This document shows positions 1-9,241 of a stretch of 64,000 nucleotides of DNA, piece after piece. Made by a program: the position numbers and the translations under genes. Below the pieces are notes generated by a model. It was not told the origin of the DNA and made no database searches. It was given only the letters and a program-made list of their open reading frames with translations. Origin of the DNA: an uncultured Alphaproteobacteria bacterium (lineage in GTDB: Bacteria > Pseudomonadota > Alphaproteobacteria > Rhizobiales > Xanthobacteraceae); contig CAVSNN010000002.1 of assembly GCA_963729335.1 (NCBI GenBank), positions 326,475-390,474 of the forward strand, read 5' to 3'. How positions within the stretch are numbered: the stretch's first letter is position 1; each line of letters begins with the position of its first letter.

Positions 1-639
1 GTTGAGCTTGAGCGAACGCGCCATCTGTTCGCCGCTCGGTCCGGCGACGGTCGCACCCTCGACGGTGAGAATGGTGATGCGCTCGGCGAGGCGTAAAAGC
101 GGCATGGCGTCGGCCATGGTGCGCGCCTGCTCGGTGCTGCAATTCCAGGCGACCAGGATGTTGCTGCCGAGCGAGCGCGGCGAGCTGGGCGGCGCGATCA
201 AGACCGGGCGGCCGCTCTCGAACAGGGCGGATTCCAGCGTGATCATCGACGGGCTCTGCCATTCGTCGCCCGGGCGCGCCAGCACGATCACGTCGAAGAC
301 CCGGCCATAGCTGCCGACGAAATCGTGACCGCTCGGCGCGTCTTTCAGCCACGCCCAGGACAGCGAAGCCGGCGCGTCGCCGCTGCGCGCGGCGATGCGA
401 TGGTTGTCCACGAAGGCGCGGAACAGCAATTCGGCCTGCCGCACCATCTCGGCGTCGTTCTCCTTCACCGCCACCATGGTCAGCCCGCTGTCGGGATCCA
501 TGGCGACCAGGTCGGCGACCGCCGGACGCAGCGGAAAGCCCTCGATGCAGCCGTCGAATTTCCGCGCCAAGAGCAACGCGGTGTCCAAGGCCGAAACCAT
601 GGTGGAACCGTGCTCGGTCGGAACGAGAATGGTCTTCAT
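1..639 (-). CDS. universal stress protein (UspA family), partial: runs off window start
   Basis: Not in the ORF track because it is open at the window edge. The reverse frame from ATG (639-637) reads MKTILVPTEHGSTMVSALDTALLLARKF...GRVFDVIVLARPGDEW...GRPVLIAPPSSPRSLGSNILVAWNCSTEQARTMADAMPLL for 213 uninterrupted codons, a USP-fold pattern. Confidence 0.7.
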   Translation of the reverse strand, partial: MKTILVPTEHGSTMVSALDTALLLARKFDGCIEGFPLRPAVADLVAMDPDSGLTMVAVKENDAEMVRQAELLFRAFVDNHRIAARSGDAPASLSWAWLKDAPSGHDFVGSYGRVFDVIVLARPGDEWQSPSMITLESALFESGRPVLIAPPSSPRSLGSNILVAWNCSTEQARTMADAMPLLRLAERITILTVEGATVAGPSGEQMARSLKLN

Positions 640-925
640 GCGCGCGCCCCAGATGGTCTCGGCACAGCCGAGACAGAATTTCCCCTTGGAAGCTGGCCCC
701 TTGGCGGGGTCTTGGTCCTGGTCTTGGCCTTGGCCATCATACTGCCGCGCCGATCGGTGCCGGACAAGCTCCCGTATATTGCGGCGCGGTAGGATGCCGG
801 ACAAGCGCGGGCTTGAGGATAATTGGGATAAGTCTCGCCGCGGCGACATTCGGTTAACGGGCTTTTGCTAAGCTGCCCGCGATGAACGCCGCGAAATTTT
901 CCCGGCGGCGGACGGGGCAATCGCC

Positions 926-1180
926 ATGGGGCATGCCGGCATCGGCCAAATTCAACCGACCGCGCGCATTCTGCTGATTTGTCCGGATTGCGGCCACGAA
1001 AATTCGGAATACGCCGAGACGCTGCACGGCAAAAACGCCTATTACTGCAACGGCGACGGTTGCGATTATTTCTTCGACCTGGCGCGGGGCCGGCGCACCG
1101 ATTTCGGCAAAAGCTTTGTCGAGGCCTGCCGGCGGTTCTACGCCGCGTTCTACACCGCGCGCGGAGCGCGGGCGCGCTGA
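926..1180 (+). CDS. small hypothetical protein with zinc-ribbon-like Cys pairs
   Basis: 84-aa ORF with CPDCGHEN...YYCNGDGCDYFF (CxxC...CxxxxC). Its composition is unlike the Arg/Ala-rich shadow ORFs nearby. No family recognised. Confidence 0.45.
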   Translation: MGHAGIGQIQPTARILLICPDCGHENSEYAETLHGKNAYYCNGDGCDYFFDLARGRRTDFGKSFVEACRRFYAAFYTARGARAR

Positions 1181-2290
1181 TCAGCCCACCGCCTTGGCCG
1201 CCGCTTTTATGAGCTCGACCGGATCGGTAAAGGCGGCGACGCCGAGCGCGTTGAGCTTTGCGACCGCCTCGTCGATGCTCATCTTGCGGGTCGCGGCGTG
1301 GCCGGCGGCGAGCCCGACGAACAGCGGCTTGGGCAGCGGCGCCGCGGTGATGAAGGCGGCGAGCGCATCGACCCGCTCGGCAAGCGAGCGCGAGGCGATC
1401 ACGGTCTGAAATACGATCGCCTTGATATTCGGCCGCGCCGCAAGCGCGCGGGCAATTTGCAGCCGCTCGGTCATAGTCTCGTCGGGCGCGCCGCGCAGAT
1501 TGTCCATGAAGCTTGCGGCGGCAAGTCCGTGGTCGGCCAACAGATCCATCATCATCATGGCAAGCCCCGCGCCCGAAGTGACGAGAACGACGTCGCCTGC
1601 GGTCTCGACGAGCTGGAAGCCCAGTTCGCGCGCGGCGCGCTCCAGCGCGGTCATGGCGCGCTCGGCGAGCATGCGGCTCGTCGGAAACTCGCTTGCCTCG
1701 TGGCGGAACGCGGCGGCATCGTCGCGCACGAGCTTGGCGTCGCAGGCGATGAGAGCGCCGTCTTCGGTCAGCGCCAGCGGGTTGATTTCCAAAAGCTCGA
1801 GGTCCTCCTGGCGGGCGATGTCCGGCAGGCGCGCGGCGTAGCGGGACAGCCGCGCGGCCAGCTCGCGCGGGAAAAATCTGGCGATCGCCGCGAAGATCGC
1901 TTCGGGCGTCGTCGCGTTGTCGACCGGAATGCGCGCAAGCCTGGCCGACTGCTCGACGTTCTCGCCGCCCTGCGGCGCGATCAGAAGCTCGAGCCGCTGC
2001 TGGGTGCCATCGACGCGTACCGCAACGAAAATCTCGCGCAGGATCGGCACCGCCTCTTCGAGCAACAGCGGGGTGTCGGCATCGTCGAGATTGGCGAGAA
2101 TGAGCCGCCGCGCGTCGCGCAGCTCGGCTGAGTTGCCGAACCGGCGCACCAGACCGTGCTTACCGCGGCCGCCTTCGAGGACCTGCGCCTTGAGCACAAA
2201 GCCCGGCCAATCCGCGGCTTCGCCCGGCGGATCTCCGCCGGCGTTGAGCAGCAGGCCGCGCGGCACGGCGAGGCCGTGGCGGCGCAGCAA
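1181..2290 (-). CDS. succinyl-CoA synthetase beta-subunit-like ATP-grasp protein
   Basis: ATP-grasp half (FVLKAQVLEGGRGKHGLV, LLEINPLALTEDGALIACDAKL) plus a ligase-CoA half (VVLVTSGAGLAMMMMD). In-frame upstream codons IIRLAEVDGKA (to about 2323) look like the real N-terminus but contain no ATG/GTG/TTG, so the start is uncertain. Confidence 0.75.
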   Translation of the reverse strand: MLRRHGLAVPRGLLLNAGGDPPGEAADWPGFVLKAQVLEGGRGKHGLVRRFGNSAELRDARRLILANLDDADTPLLLEEAVPILREIFVAVRVDGTQQRLELLIAPQGGENVEQSARLARIPVDNATTPEAIFAAIARFFPRELAARLSRYAARLPDIARQEDLELLEINPLALTEDGALIACDAKLVRDDAAAFRHEASEFPTSRMLAERAMTALERAARELGFQLVETAGDVVLVTSGAGLAMMMMDLLADHGLAAASFMDNLRGAPDETMTERLQIARALAARPNIKAIVFQTVIASRSLAERVDALAAFITAAPLPKPLFVGLAAGHAATRKMSIDEAVAKLNALGVAAFTDPVELIKAAAKAVG

Positions 2291-2372
2291 GGCTTTTCCG
2301 TCGACCTCGGCCAGACGTATAATGGCGGCTCGTCCCTGGCGCCGGCTGGCGCAGCTTCCGGGAGCTTAGCGC

Positions 2373-3272
2373 ATGGCGGGCCCATTGAATTCGGCGCAAT
2401 TGCGCCTGCCGTTTCTTGATGCCGACCCGTGGCGCGTGGCGGTGATCGGCCCGACCGGGCGTTATGCGAGGAACCAGGTCGCCGGCATGATCGCGGCCGG
2501 CACGCCGCTTATCGCCGGCGTCGCGCTCGGCCGCGGCGGCACCGACATGGACGGCCTGCCGCTCTACGACCGCATCGGCGACGTGCCGGATAAGCCGAAC
2601 GTCGCGCTCATCTATACACCGGCCGAAGGCGTGCGCGCGGCAATCGCCGAATGCGCCGCGGCGCGGGTTCCGACGATCATGGCGGCCGCCGAATATGTGC
2701 CGGTCCATGACGCGCTCGCTGCGGCGGCGACCGCGCGCGCGGCGGAGAGTTGGCTCGTCGGGCCGAACACGCTCGGGATTTTCGTGCCGGGCCGCGGCCT
2801 GCTCGGCTCGATTGCGCCGAGCTTCTGCAAACCGGGACGCCTCGCGGTCATCGTGCGCAGCGGCACGGTGGCGCTCGCGCTGGCGCGGCAGTTGACGCTC
2901 GCCGGCATCGGCCAGCGCATGGTCGCGCATATCGGCGGCGACGGCGTGATCGGGCGCAATCCGCACGAATATCTGCAAGCGCTCGCCGGCGACGAGGCGA
3001 CCGAAGCCGTGCTTTATTGCGGTGAGATCGGCGGCGACAAGGAATATGCCTTGGCCGAAGCCGCGCGCGGCTTTGCCAAGCCCGTCATCGCCATGGTGGT
3101 CGGCCGCCACGCGCCGGTGCGGAAACAGATGGGCCATGCCGGCGCGCTGATCGGCTCGGCGCGCGAGGGCGCCAATGTAAAATTGGAAGCGCTTGCCGCC
3201 GCCGGCTGTAAAATCGCGAAAGGCCTGGAGGAAGCCGTCGTGCTTGCCGGGAAACTCGGCGCCGCGCGCTAG
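2373..3272 (+). CDS. succinyl-CoA synthetase alpha-subunit-like CoA-binding protein
   Basis: 299 aa with a CoA-binding N-terminus (VAVIGPTGRYARNQV), LVGPNTLGI, and the phosphohistidine loop MGHAGALIG. Divergent from the beta-like gene with under 85 bp between them. Confidence 0.8.
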   Translation: MAGPLNSAQLRLPFLDADPWRVAVIGPTGRYARNQVAGMIAAGTPLIAGVALGRGGTDMDGLPLYDRIGDVPDKPNVALIYTPAEGVRAAIAECAAARVPTIMAAAEYVPVHDALAAAATARAAESWLVGPNTLGIFVPGRGLLGSIAPSFCKPGRLAVIVRSGTVALALARQLTLAGIGQRMVAHIGGDGVIGRNPHEYLQALAGDEATEAVLYCGEIGGDKEYALAEAARGFAKPVIAMVVGRHAPVRKQMGHAGALIGSAREGANVKLEALAAAGCKIAKGLEEAVVLAGKLGAAR

Positions 3273-3869
3273 ACTTCGCGCCATGAAGAAAATATTATCG
3301 ACCGCGGTGTAATCGCCGCGATAGCCGAGCCGTCCGATCGGCCGGATGCGCGCCATGTCGATGGTGCCGTCGACGATCACCGCGTCGTCGATGTGGACAT
3401 TGACGACTTCGCCGATCACTATTTCATAGTCGTGCGTTTTGCCGCTGCTGCTGGTCAGTTTCACGGTCTTGGCGTAGAGGCATTCCAGCGCGATCGGCGC
3501 GCGCGCCACCCGCGGCGGCTTGACCTTGCGCGACGGCGCCATGGCGAGCTTGGCCACGTCCGGCTCGCTCACGTCGGCGGGATAATTACCGCCGGTGATA
3601 TTCATCTCGATGCGCAACTCGTAAGTGGCGAGGTTGAACACGAATTCGCTGCCGCTCTCGGCATGAAGCTGGCTGTGCTTGCGCGAATTCGAGGCGAACA
3701 TCACGAACGGCGGATGGCTCGCGATCATGTTGAAGAAGCTGTACGGCGCGAGATTGATCACGCCTGCCGGGCTGACGGTCGTGATCCAGCCGATCGGGCG
3801 CGGCACCACGAGGCAGGTCGTGGGGTCGTGCGCGAGACCGTGCGGCTCGCTGCGCGGGTCGTAATCCAT
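3273..3869 (-). CDS. flavin reductase-like (FMN-binding split barrel) protein; no in-frame stop at the expected C-terminus
   Basis: Start ATG at 3869. MDYDPRSEPHGLAHDPTTCLVVPRPIGWITTVSPAGVINLAPYSFFN...RPIGRLGYRGDYTAVDNIFFMARS matches the flavin reductase domain. The frame then stays open to 2160 through the antisense of the SucD-like gene as Arg-rich nonsense. The end given is where the homology stops. Confidence 0.6.
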
Positions 3870-3989
3870 GGGAATGTCCGGTGTGATTGGGAATGCGAGC
3901 CGTGTGGATCGCCCGATGTCGATGATGCAGAATGCTAGCGCCCCGGCCGTCAAAACGCCATCGCCGCATGATCGTCAAGGGAGTGGGCC

Positions 3990-4601
3990 ATGAAGCTGCA
4001 TTGGTCGCCGCGCTCGCCGTTCGTGCGCAAGGTCATGATCGTCGCGCATGAGCGCGGGCTCGCCGACCGCATCGCTTGCGTGCGCACACTGGCGGCGACA
4101 GCCAAGCCGCACGCCGAATTGATGCGGGACAATCCGCTGTCGAAAATACCGACGCTGGTGCTCGACGACGGCACCGTGCTCTACGATTTGCCCGTCATCT
4201 GCGAATATCTCGATGCGCTCGTTGGCGGGCCGAAGCTGTTCCCGACCGAGCCAGGCGCGCGGCTCGTCGCATTGCGACGGCAGGCGCTCGGCGACGGGTT
4301 TATGGGCATGATGGTGCTGCTGCGCGACGAGCGCATGCGGACGCATCCCTCCGAAAGGCATCAAGCGAGTACCGTGACGCGCAAAGCGGCGGTACTGAAG
4401 AGTCTGGAGCAGGAGGCGCAGGCGCTTGCCGCCACGCCGTTCGGCATCGGCCATATCGCGATCGGCTGCGCGCTGTCCTATCTCGATTTCCGCTTCGCCG
4501 ACGAGGATTGGCGCAAGGGCCATCCGCAGACCGCCGATTGGCACGCCTGGTTTGCGGCGCGAGCGTCGGTGCGCGCGACGGCGCCGGTCGACGATTCGTA
4601 G
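3990..4601 (+). CDS. glutathione S-transferase
   Basis: 203 aa with a thioredoxin-like N-domain (SPFVRKV...NPLSKIPTLVLDDGTVLYDLPVICEYL) and a helical C-domain. Confidence 0.85.
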   Translation: MKLHWSPRSPFVRKVMIVAHERGLADRIACVRTLAATAKPHAELMRDNPLSKIPTLVLDDGTVLYDLPVICEYLDALVGGPKLFPTEPGARLVALRRQALGDGFMGMMVLLRDERMRTHPSERHQASTVTRKAAVLKSLEQEAQALAATPFGIGHIAIGCALSYLDFRFADEDWRKGHPQTADWHAWFAARASVRATAPVDDS

Positions 4602-4687
4602 GGTGTCTTGTGCCGGGATTGTCGCAACTCGCCGGCGCGCTCAATCTGTGCAGTTCCGTTATGGCACTGGCCCAGAAGACCCTATGC

Positions 4688-5837
4688 TAGTGGATCACGT
4701 CTGACATTTGAATCCTTGAGGGGATTCCCTGCGGACTTAATGCATGCGAGTTTGGCGCATGCGAACTGGAATTTCCATCACTCTCAAGCCTTCGGATCGC
4801 CGCCGCCTGAAGGCGCTCGCGCGGGATCGCAACACCCCGCACAAGCATGTCTGGCGGGCTGAGATCGTCCTGTTGAGCGCGGACGGCATCGGCACCAATG
4901 AGATCATGCGCCGGACCGGCAAGTCGAAGACCTGTGTATGGCGCTGACAGGAACGCTTCATGGAAGCGGGCTACAACGGCCTCCTGCACGATAAGACACG
5001 CCCCTCGCGCATCCCGCCGCTGGGATCGAACATCACCGAACGCGTCGTGGCCCTCACCCAGACCGAACCGACCACCGAGGCGACCCACTGGACTTCCGCC
5101 ATGATGGCGAAAGTCGTCGGCATCAGCGCGAGTTCCGTCCAACGCATCTGGCGCGCGCATGGCCTGCAACCGCACCGGGTCAAACAGTTCAAGCTTTCTA
5201 CCGACCCGCACTTCGTCGACAAGTTGCGCGACATCGTCGGCCTCTATGTCGATCCGCCCGCCCATGCCGTGGTCCTCTCGGTCGATGAAAAGAGCCAGAT
5301 CCAAGCGCTCGATCGCACCCAACCCGGCTTGCCGATGAAGAAGGGCCGTGCCGGGACGATGACCCACGACTACAGGCGTCACGGTACCACCTCGCTGTTT
5401 GCGGCCCTCAATGTCCTCGACGGTACCGTCATCGGGCGCAACATGCAGCGCCACCGGCACCAGGAGTTCATCCGCTTCCTCAACGCCGTCGAGGCGCATG
5501 TGCCGGTGCGAAAGGAAATCCACGCTATCGTCGACAACTACGCAACTCACAAGCATCCGAAGGTGCACCAATGGCTGGCTCGACATCCCCGCTGGACCTT
5601 CCACTTCACGCCCACATCGGCATCCTGGCTCAACGCCGTCGAGGGCTTCTTCGCCAAGCTTACAAAGCGGCGATTGAAGCGCGGTACCTTCCTATCGGTC
5701 GTCGACTTGCAGGCCGCCATCAACCGCTTCCTCGTCGAACACAACGCCAAACCCAAACCCTTCACTTGGACTGCTGATCCCAACAAAATTATCCAGGCGG
5801 TCAGACGCGGGCACCAAGTGTTAGATTCCATCCACTA
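4688..5837. mobile_element. IS630-family insertion sequence (about 1.15 kb) with TA flanks
   Basis: The termini GTGGAT...ATCCAC are inverted, and each abuts a TA (4688-4689 and 5836-5837). Subterminal CACGTCTGAC (left) and GTCAGACGCG (right) are inverted 10-mers. The transposase stop lies in the right terminus. Ends placed by eye. Confidence 0.65.
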
Positions 5838-5838
5838 G
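4744..5838 (+). pseudogene. IS630-family DDE transposase with one in-frame TGA (4945-4947)
   Basis: ORFs 4744..4947 and 4960..5838 share a frame. The junction reads KTCVWR*QERFMEAGYNGLLHDKTRPSR, where relatives, from memory, have Trp (VWRWQERF). The C-half has DDE-type motifs (VLSVDEKSQIQAL, IVDNYATHKH, WLNAVEGFF). Confidence 0.8.
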
Positions 5839-5860
5839 CGAAATTTTTCATTTGGCTGCC

Positions 5861-5876
5861 GTACCAATTGTGGTAC
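5861..5876. promoter_or_regulatory. inverted repeat GTACCA-N4-TGGTAC upstream of the toxin gene (candidate TA operator)
   Basis: Perfect 6-bp arms, 22 nt upstream of the 5898 start. Type II TA modules are usually autoregulated at such palindromes. Confidence 0.3.
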
Positions 5877-5897
5877 AGATCGGCCCATGGCTGAAAC

Positions 5898-6233
5898 GTG
5901 AAGCGACTTCCTGCCGCCTTTTACGCCTTACCCACCGGCCGCGAGCCGGTGCGGGAATGGCTCAGGAGCCTCAACGACGACGATCGCAAGGCTATTGGTG
6001 AGGACATCAAGGATGTGGAGTTTGCGTGGCCGATCGGCATGCCGTTATGTCGCGCGCTAGGCAATGGGCTTTGGGAGGTCCGCAGCACCCTTGCACAGGG
6101 CCGTATCGCGCGCGTGCTGTTCTGTATCCATGACGGTCGAATGGTCATCCTCCATGCGTTCATCAAGAAGACGCAGAAAACACCGGACACCGATCTAAAT
6201 TTGGCGATAAAGCGGAAGAAGGAGTTCACATGA
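5898..6233 (+). CDS. type II toxin, RelE/ParE superfamily (HigB / phage Gp49-like)
   Basis: 111 aa; REPVREWLRSL...DIKDVEFAWPIGMPLCRALGNGLWEVRS...ARVLFCIHDGRMVILHAFIKKTQKTP is the Gp49/HigB pattern. The toxin comes first, and its stop overlaps the next start (ATGA). Confidence 0.8.
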   Translation: MKRLPAAFYALPTGREPVREWLRSLNDDDRKAIGEDIKDVEFAWPIGMPLCRALGNGLWEVRSTLAQGRIARVLFCIHDGRMVILHAFIKKTQKTPDTDLNLAIKRKKEFT

Positions 6234-6514
6234 AAAAGAAGGGCCGCATTGGATCGTCCTTTGACGATTTTCTCAAAGAAGAAGGCATCTATGAAGAGGT
6301 GACAGCGCGCGCCATCAAGCGGGTACTCGCCCGGCAGCTCGATGCGCTCATGCTGGATCAGAAAATCACAAAAACCGCGCTGGCAAAACGCATGCACACC
6401 AGCCGCGCGCAGCTTGATCGGCTGCTCGATCCCGAGAACGAATCCGTGACGCTCGGGACGCTGGCGCGGGCCGCACAGGCTGTCGGGCGGCAATTGCGGA
6501 TGGAGCTGGTCTAA
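6230..6514 (+). CDS. XRE-family HTH antitoxin (HigA-like)
   Basis: 94 aa; ITKTALAKRMHTSRAQLDRLLDPEN is an HTH_XRE motif. 4-bp overlap with the toxin gene. Confidence 0.8.
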   Translation: MKKKGRIGSSFDDFLKEEGIYEEVTARAIKRVLARQLDALMLDQKITKTALAKRMHTSRAQLDRLLDPENESVTLGTLARAAQAVGRQLRMELV

Positions 6515-6537
6515 ATGAGAATTGGGGTCTGGAGCGC

Positions 6538-7578
6538 TCACCCCAGCGTCGGGTCGAGCACGATCTTGCCCTGGCCCTCGTGCGCCTCGACCAGGCGGTG
6601 CGCTTCGGCGGCCTGCGACAGCGGCAGGACGCGCTCGATTTGCGGGACGACTTTTCCCTGCGCCGCGGCGGCAAGGCAATGGGGCAGGTCGGCCGGCGTG
6701 TAGCCGGGCATGCCCTTGATCGTAATGCGCTTGTGGTAGAGATGCGCGAAATCGATCGCGACCTGCGGCCCGGCATGCGCGCCGGCGGTCACCAGCCGGC
6801 CATTCATGCCGATCGCGCGGAACGCGAGCGGCAGCACGGCGGGATTGGCGATGTTGTCGTAGAGCACGTCGACGCCTTTGCCGCCGGTGACGTGCATGAC
6901 CTCGTCGAAAATATTTTGCGTCGCGTAATTGACGCCGTGATCGGCGCCGAGTTTTAGCCCGAGCGCGACGCGTTCTTCGGAGCCCGCCGCCGCGATCACG
7001 CGCGCGCCGATCACGTTCTTGGCGATCTGAATGCCGGTGGTGCCGAGATTGCCGCCGGCGCCCATGATCAGCACGGTCTCGTCGAATTTGAGATCGGCGA
7101 CATGGACCAGGAGATTCCAGGCCGTCGGCACGTGGCGCAGCACGACGGCGGCGCGATGAAATTCGAGGGTATGGGGCAGCGCGACCGCGGCGCAAGCCGG
7201 CACCGCGACGTATTCGGCAAAGCCGCCCGGCCGCTTGATGCCCATCATGCCGCGCGGCCCGTTATAGCCGGCACCGTCCTCGGCGCAAACCTCGAGCGGC
7301 ATGAAGCCCGCTGCGGCGACGCGATCGCCGACATGCCAGCGGCTGACCTGTGGCCCGAGCGCATCGACGGTGCCGGCGCAATCGACGCCTGGAATGAGCG
7401 GCAGCGTGGCGCCGCGCGCCATTTCCTTGCCGGCGCGCAGACTGACATCGAGCACGCGATTGACGGTCGCCGCGTGCACCTTGACGCGGATTTCGCCGGC
7501 GCGCGGGATGGGATCGGCAACGTCCTCGTAGCGCAAAACTTCGGGCGGGCCGTATTCGTGGATGACAATCGCTTTCAT
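6538..7578 (-). CDS. NADPH:quinone oxidoreductase / zinc-type alcohol dehydrogenase superfamily protein
   Basis: MKAIVIHEYGPPEVLRYEDVADPIPRAGEIRVKVHAATVNRVLD...VLIMGAGGNLG. Start chosen at ATG 7578 (MKAIV) rather than the ORF-track start 7641. Confidence 0.85.
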   Translation of the reverse strand: MKAIVIHEYGPPEVLRYEDVADPIPRAGEIRVKVHAATVNRVLDVSLRAGKEMARGATLPLIPGVDCAGTVDALGPQVSRWHVGDRVAAAGFMPLEVCAEDGAGYNGPRGMMGIKRPGGFAEYVAVPACAAVALPHTLEFHRAAVVLRHVPTAWNLLVHVADLKFDETVLIMGAGGNLGTTGIQIAKNVIGARVIAAAGSEERVALGLKLGADHGVNYATQNIFDEVMHVTGGKGVDVLYDNIANPAVLPLAFRAIGMNGRLVTAGAHAGPQVAIDFAHLYHKRITIKGMPGYTPADLPHCLAAAAQGKVVPQIERVLPLSQAAEAHRLVEAHEGQGKIVLDPTLG

Positions 7579-7634
7579 CTTTGCTTCATGCGTCGTGAAC
7601 GGCACTAGGCCGGGCATGACGCCTCGGGGAGGAG

Positions 7635-8246
7635 TTGTCAATGGATGCCGCCGATAAATTCGCCATCGCCGAATTGATCCAGGCCTGGGGCGTCTATCGC
7701 GACCAGGGCAAGTGGACCGAGCTGCGCGGCACGTTCACGCCCGATGGCCACATTTCGATTTCCTGGTTCCGCGGCCCGTTCGAGCAATTCGTCGAGCGCT
7801 GCCGGGCGAATTTGGCCGCCGGCCATGCCTGGTCGCGGCATCATCTGTTCACACCGAGCATCAAGATCGACAGCGATCGCGCCGTGGCTGAGACGCCGGT
7901 CATCATCCGCGTCAGGCAGAAATTCAACGGCGTCGAGGTCGATCTGACCTCATATTCGCGCTTTCTCGACCGGCTGGTGCGCCAGGCCGGCGGCTGGCAC
8001 ATTGCCGAGCGCGCCGCGATCTATGAGCGCGACCGGCTCGATCCTGTCGAGCCGTCGCCGGCTTTCGACGCGCTGTTCGAGGCGGCCAAGACCGCGCAAT
8101 ATCCCGAGCAATACCGCTACATGGCGTTCCGGCTCGCGCACTCCGAAGGCCGCACGCTGGCGCCGGTGATTTATCGCGACGGCGGTGCGGAAACAACGGA
8201 CCTCTATGCCCGGTTTTCCGGCTGGCTCGGCGGCGCAACACCTTGA
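7635..8246 (+). CDS. SnoaL-like / NTF2-family protein
   Basis: 203 aa; the N-terminal AIAELIQAWGVYRDQGKWTELRGTFTPDGHISISWF pattern is typical of NTF2-like folds. Function unknown. Confidence 0.55.
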   Translation: MSMDAADKFAIAELIQAWGVYRDQGKWTELRGTFTPDGHISISWFRGPFEQFVERCRANLAAGHAWSRHHLFTPSIKIDSDRAVAETPVIIRVRQKFNGVEVDLTSYSRFLDRLVRQAGGWHIAERAAIYERDRLDPVEPSPAFDALFEAAKTAQYPEQYRYMAFRLAHSEGRTLAPVIYRDGGAETTDLYARFSGWLGGATP

Positions 8247-8272
8247 TATACACCCCGGGCTAGGAGCCCTTC

Positions 8273-9241
8273 ATGGCGGTCTATACCGATGTCACGGCGG
8301 AGGATCTCGGCCGCTTCCTGGCCGGTTACGACATCGGCGAGCTGCTTGCCTATAAGGGCATTGCCGAGGGCGTCGAGAACTCTAATTTCCTGCTCCATAC
8401 CGGCGCCGGCAATTACATCCTCACCCTCTACGAGCGGCGCGTCGCCGAGCGCGATCTGCCATTCTTCTTAGGCCTGATGGAGCATCTGGCGAGCCGCGGC
8501 ATCACCTGCCCGCAGCCGGTGAAGAACCGCGCCGGCAAGGTTTTGGGCAAGCTCGCCGGCCGGCCGGCGGCGATCGTCACCTTCCTCGACGGGTTGTGGA
8601 TTTGCCGGCCGAACGCGGCGCATTGCGCGGCGCTCGGCGAGGTTTTGGCGCGGCTGCATCTCGCCGGAGCCGACTTCGGCATGAAGCGCGACAATGCGCT
8701 GTCGGTTGCCGGCTGGCGGGCGCTTTACGAGGGCTGTCGCGAGCGCGCGCATAAAGTGGAGCGCGATCTCGAAAAGCTGGTCGCCGCCGAGCTTGACGTG
8801 CTCGAGCGCGACTGGCCGCGCGGGCTGCCGCAGGGCGTGATCCATGCCGATCTGTTCCCGGACAACGTGTTCTTCCTCGGCGACAAGCTGTCCGGACTGA
8901 TCGATTTTTATTTCGCCTGCACCGATACGCTCAGCTACGACGTCGCCATCTGCCTCAACGCCTGGTGTTTCGAGTCCGATCATTCCTACAACGTCACAAA
9001 GGGCCGCGCGCTGCTCGGGAGTTACGCCAAGACCCGCGCGCTCGCGGCCGAGGAATGGGACAAGCTGCCGCTTCTTGCCCGCGGCGCCGCCTTGCGGTTT
9101 CTGCTCACCCGGCTCGCCGACTGGCTCGACGTGCCGCCGGGCGCGCTGGTGCGGCCGAAAGACCCGCGCGAATATGCGCGCAAGCTGCGCTTCCACCAGA
9201 AGGTCAAGAGCGCGCGCGATTACGGAGTGGCCGCGCCGTGA
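8273..9241 (+). CDS. thrB: homoserine kinase (APH-type ThrB)
   Basis: [43 protein letters not shown], with kinase motifs [13 protein letters not shown] and LIDFYFA. Confidence 0.9.
   Translation: MAVYTDVTAEDLGRFLAGYDIGELLAYKGIAEGVENSNFLLHTGAGNYILTLYERRVAERDLPFFLGLMEHLASRGITCPQPVKNRAGKVLGKLAGRPAAIVTFLDGLWICRPNAAHCAALGEVLARLHLAGADFGMKRDNALSVAGWRALYEGCRERAHKVERDLEKLVAAELDVLERDWPRGLPQGVIHADLFPDNVFFLGDKLSGLIDFYFACTDTLSYDVAICLNAWCFESDHSYNVTKGRALLGSYAKTRALAAEEWDKLPLLARGAALRFLLTRLADWLDVPPGALVRPKDPREYARKLRFHQKVKSARDYGVAAP

Noticed and set aside
4945-4947. In-frame TGA in the IS630 transposase as evidence for UGA-to-Trp recoding (alternative genetic code).
   Set aside because: Many conserved genes in the window (thrB, tolQ, ymdB-like, zapA, cpoB) terminate with TGA at their expected C-termini, so TGA is a normal stop here.
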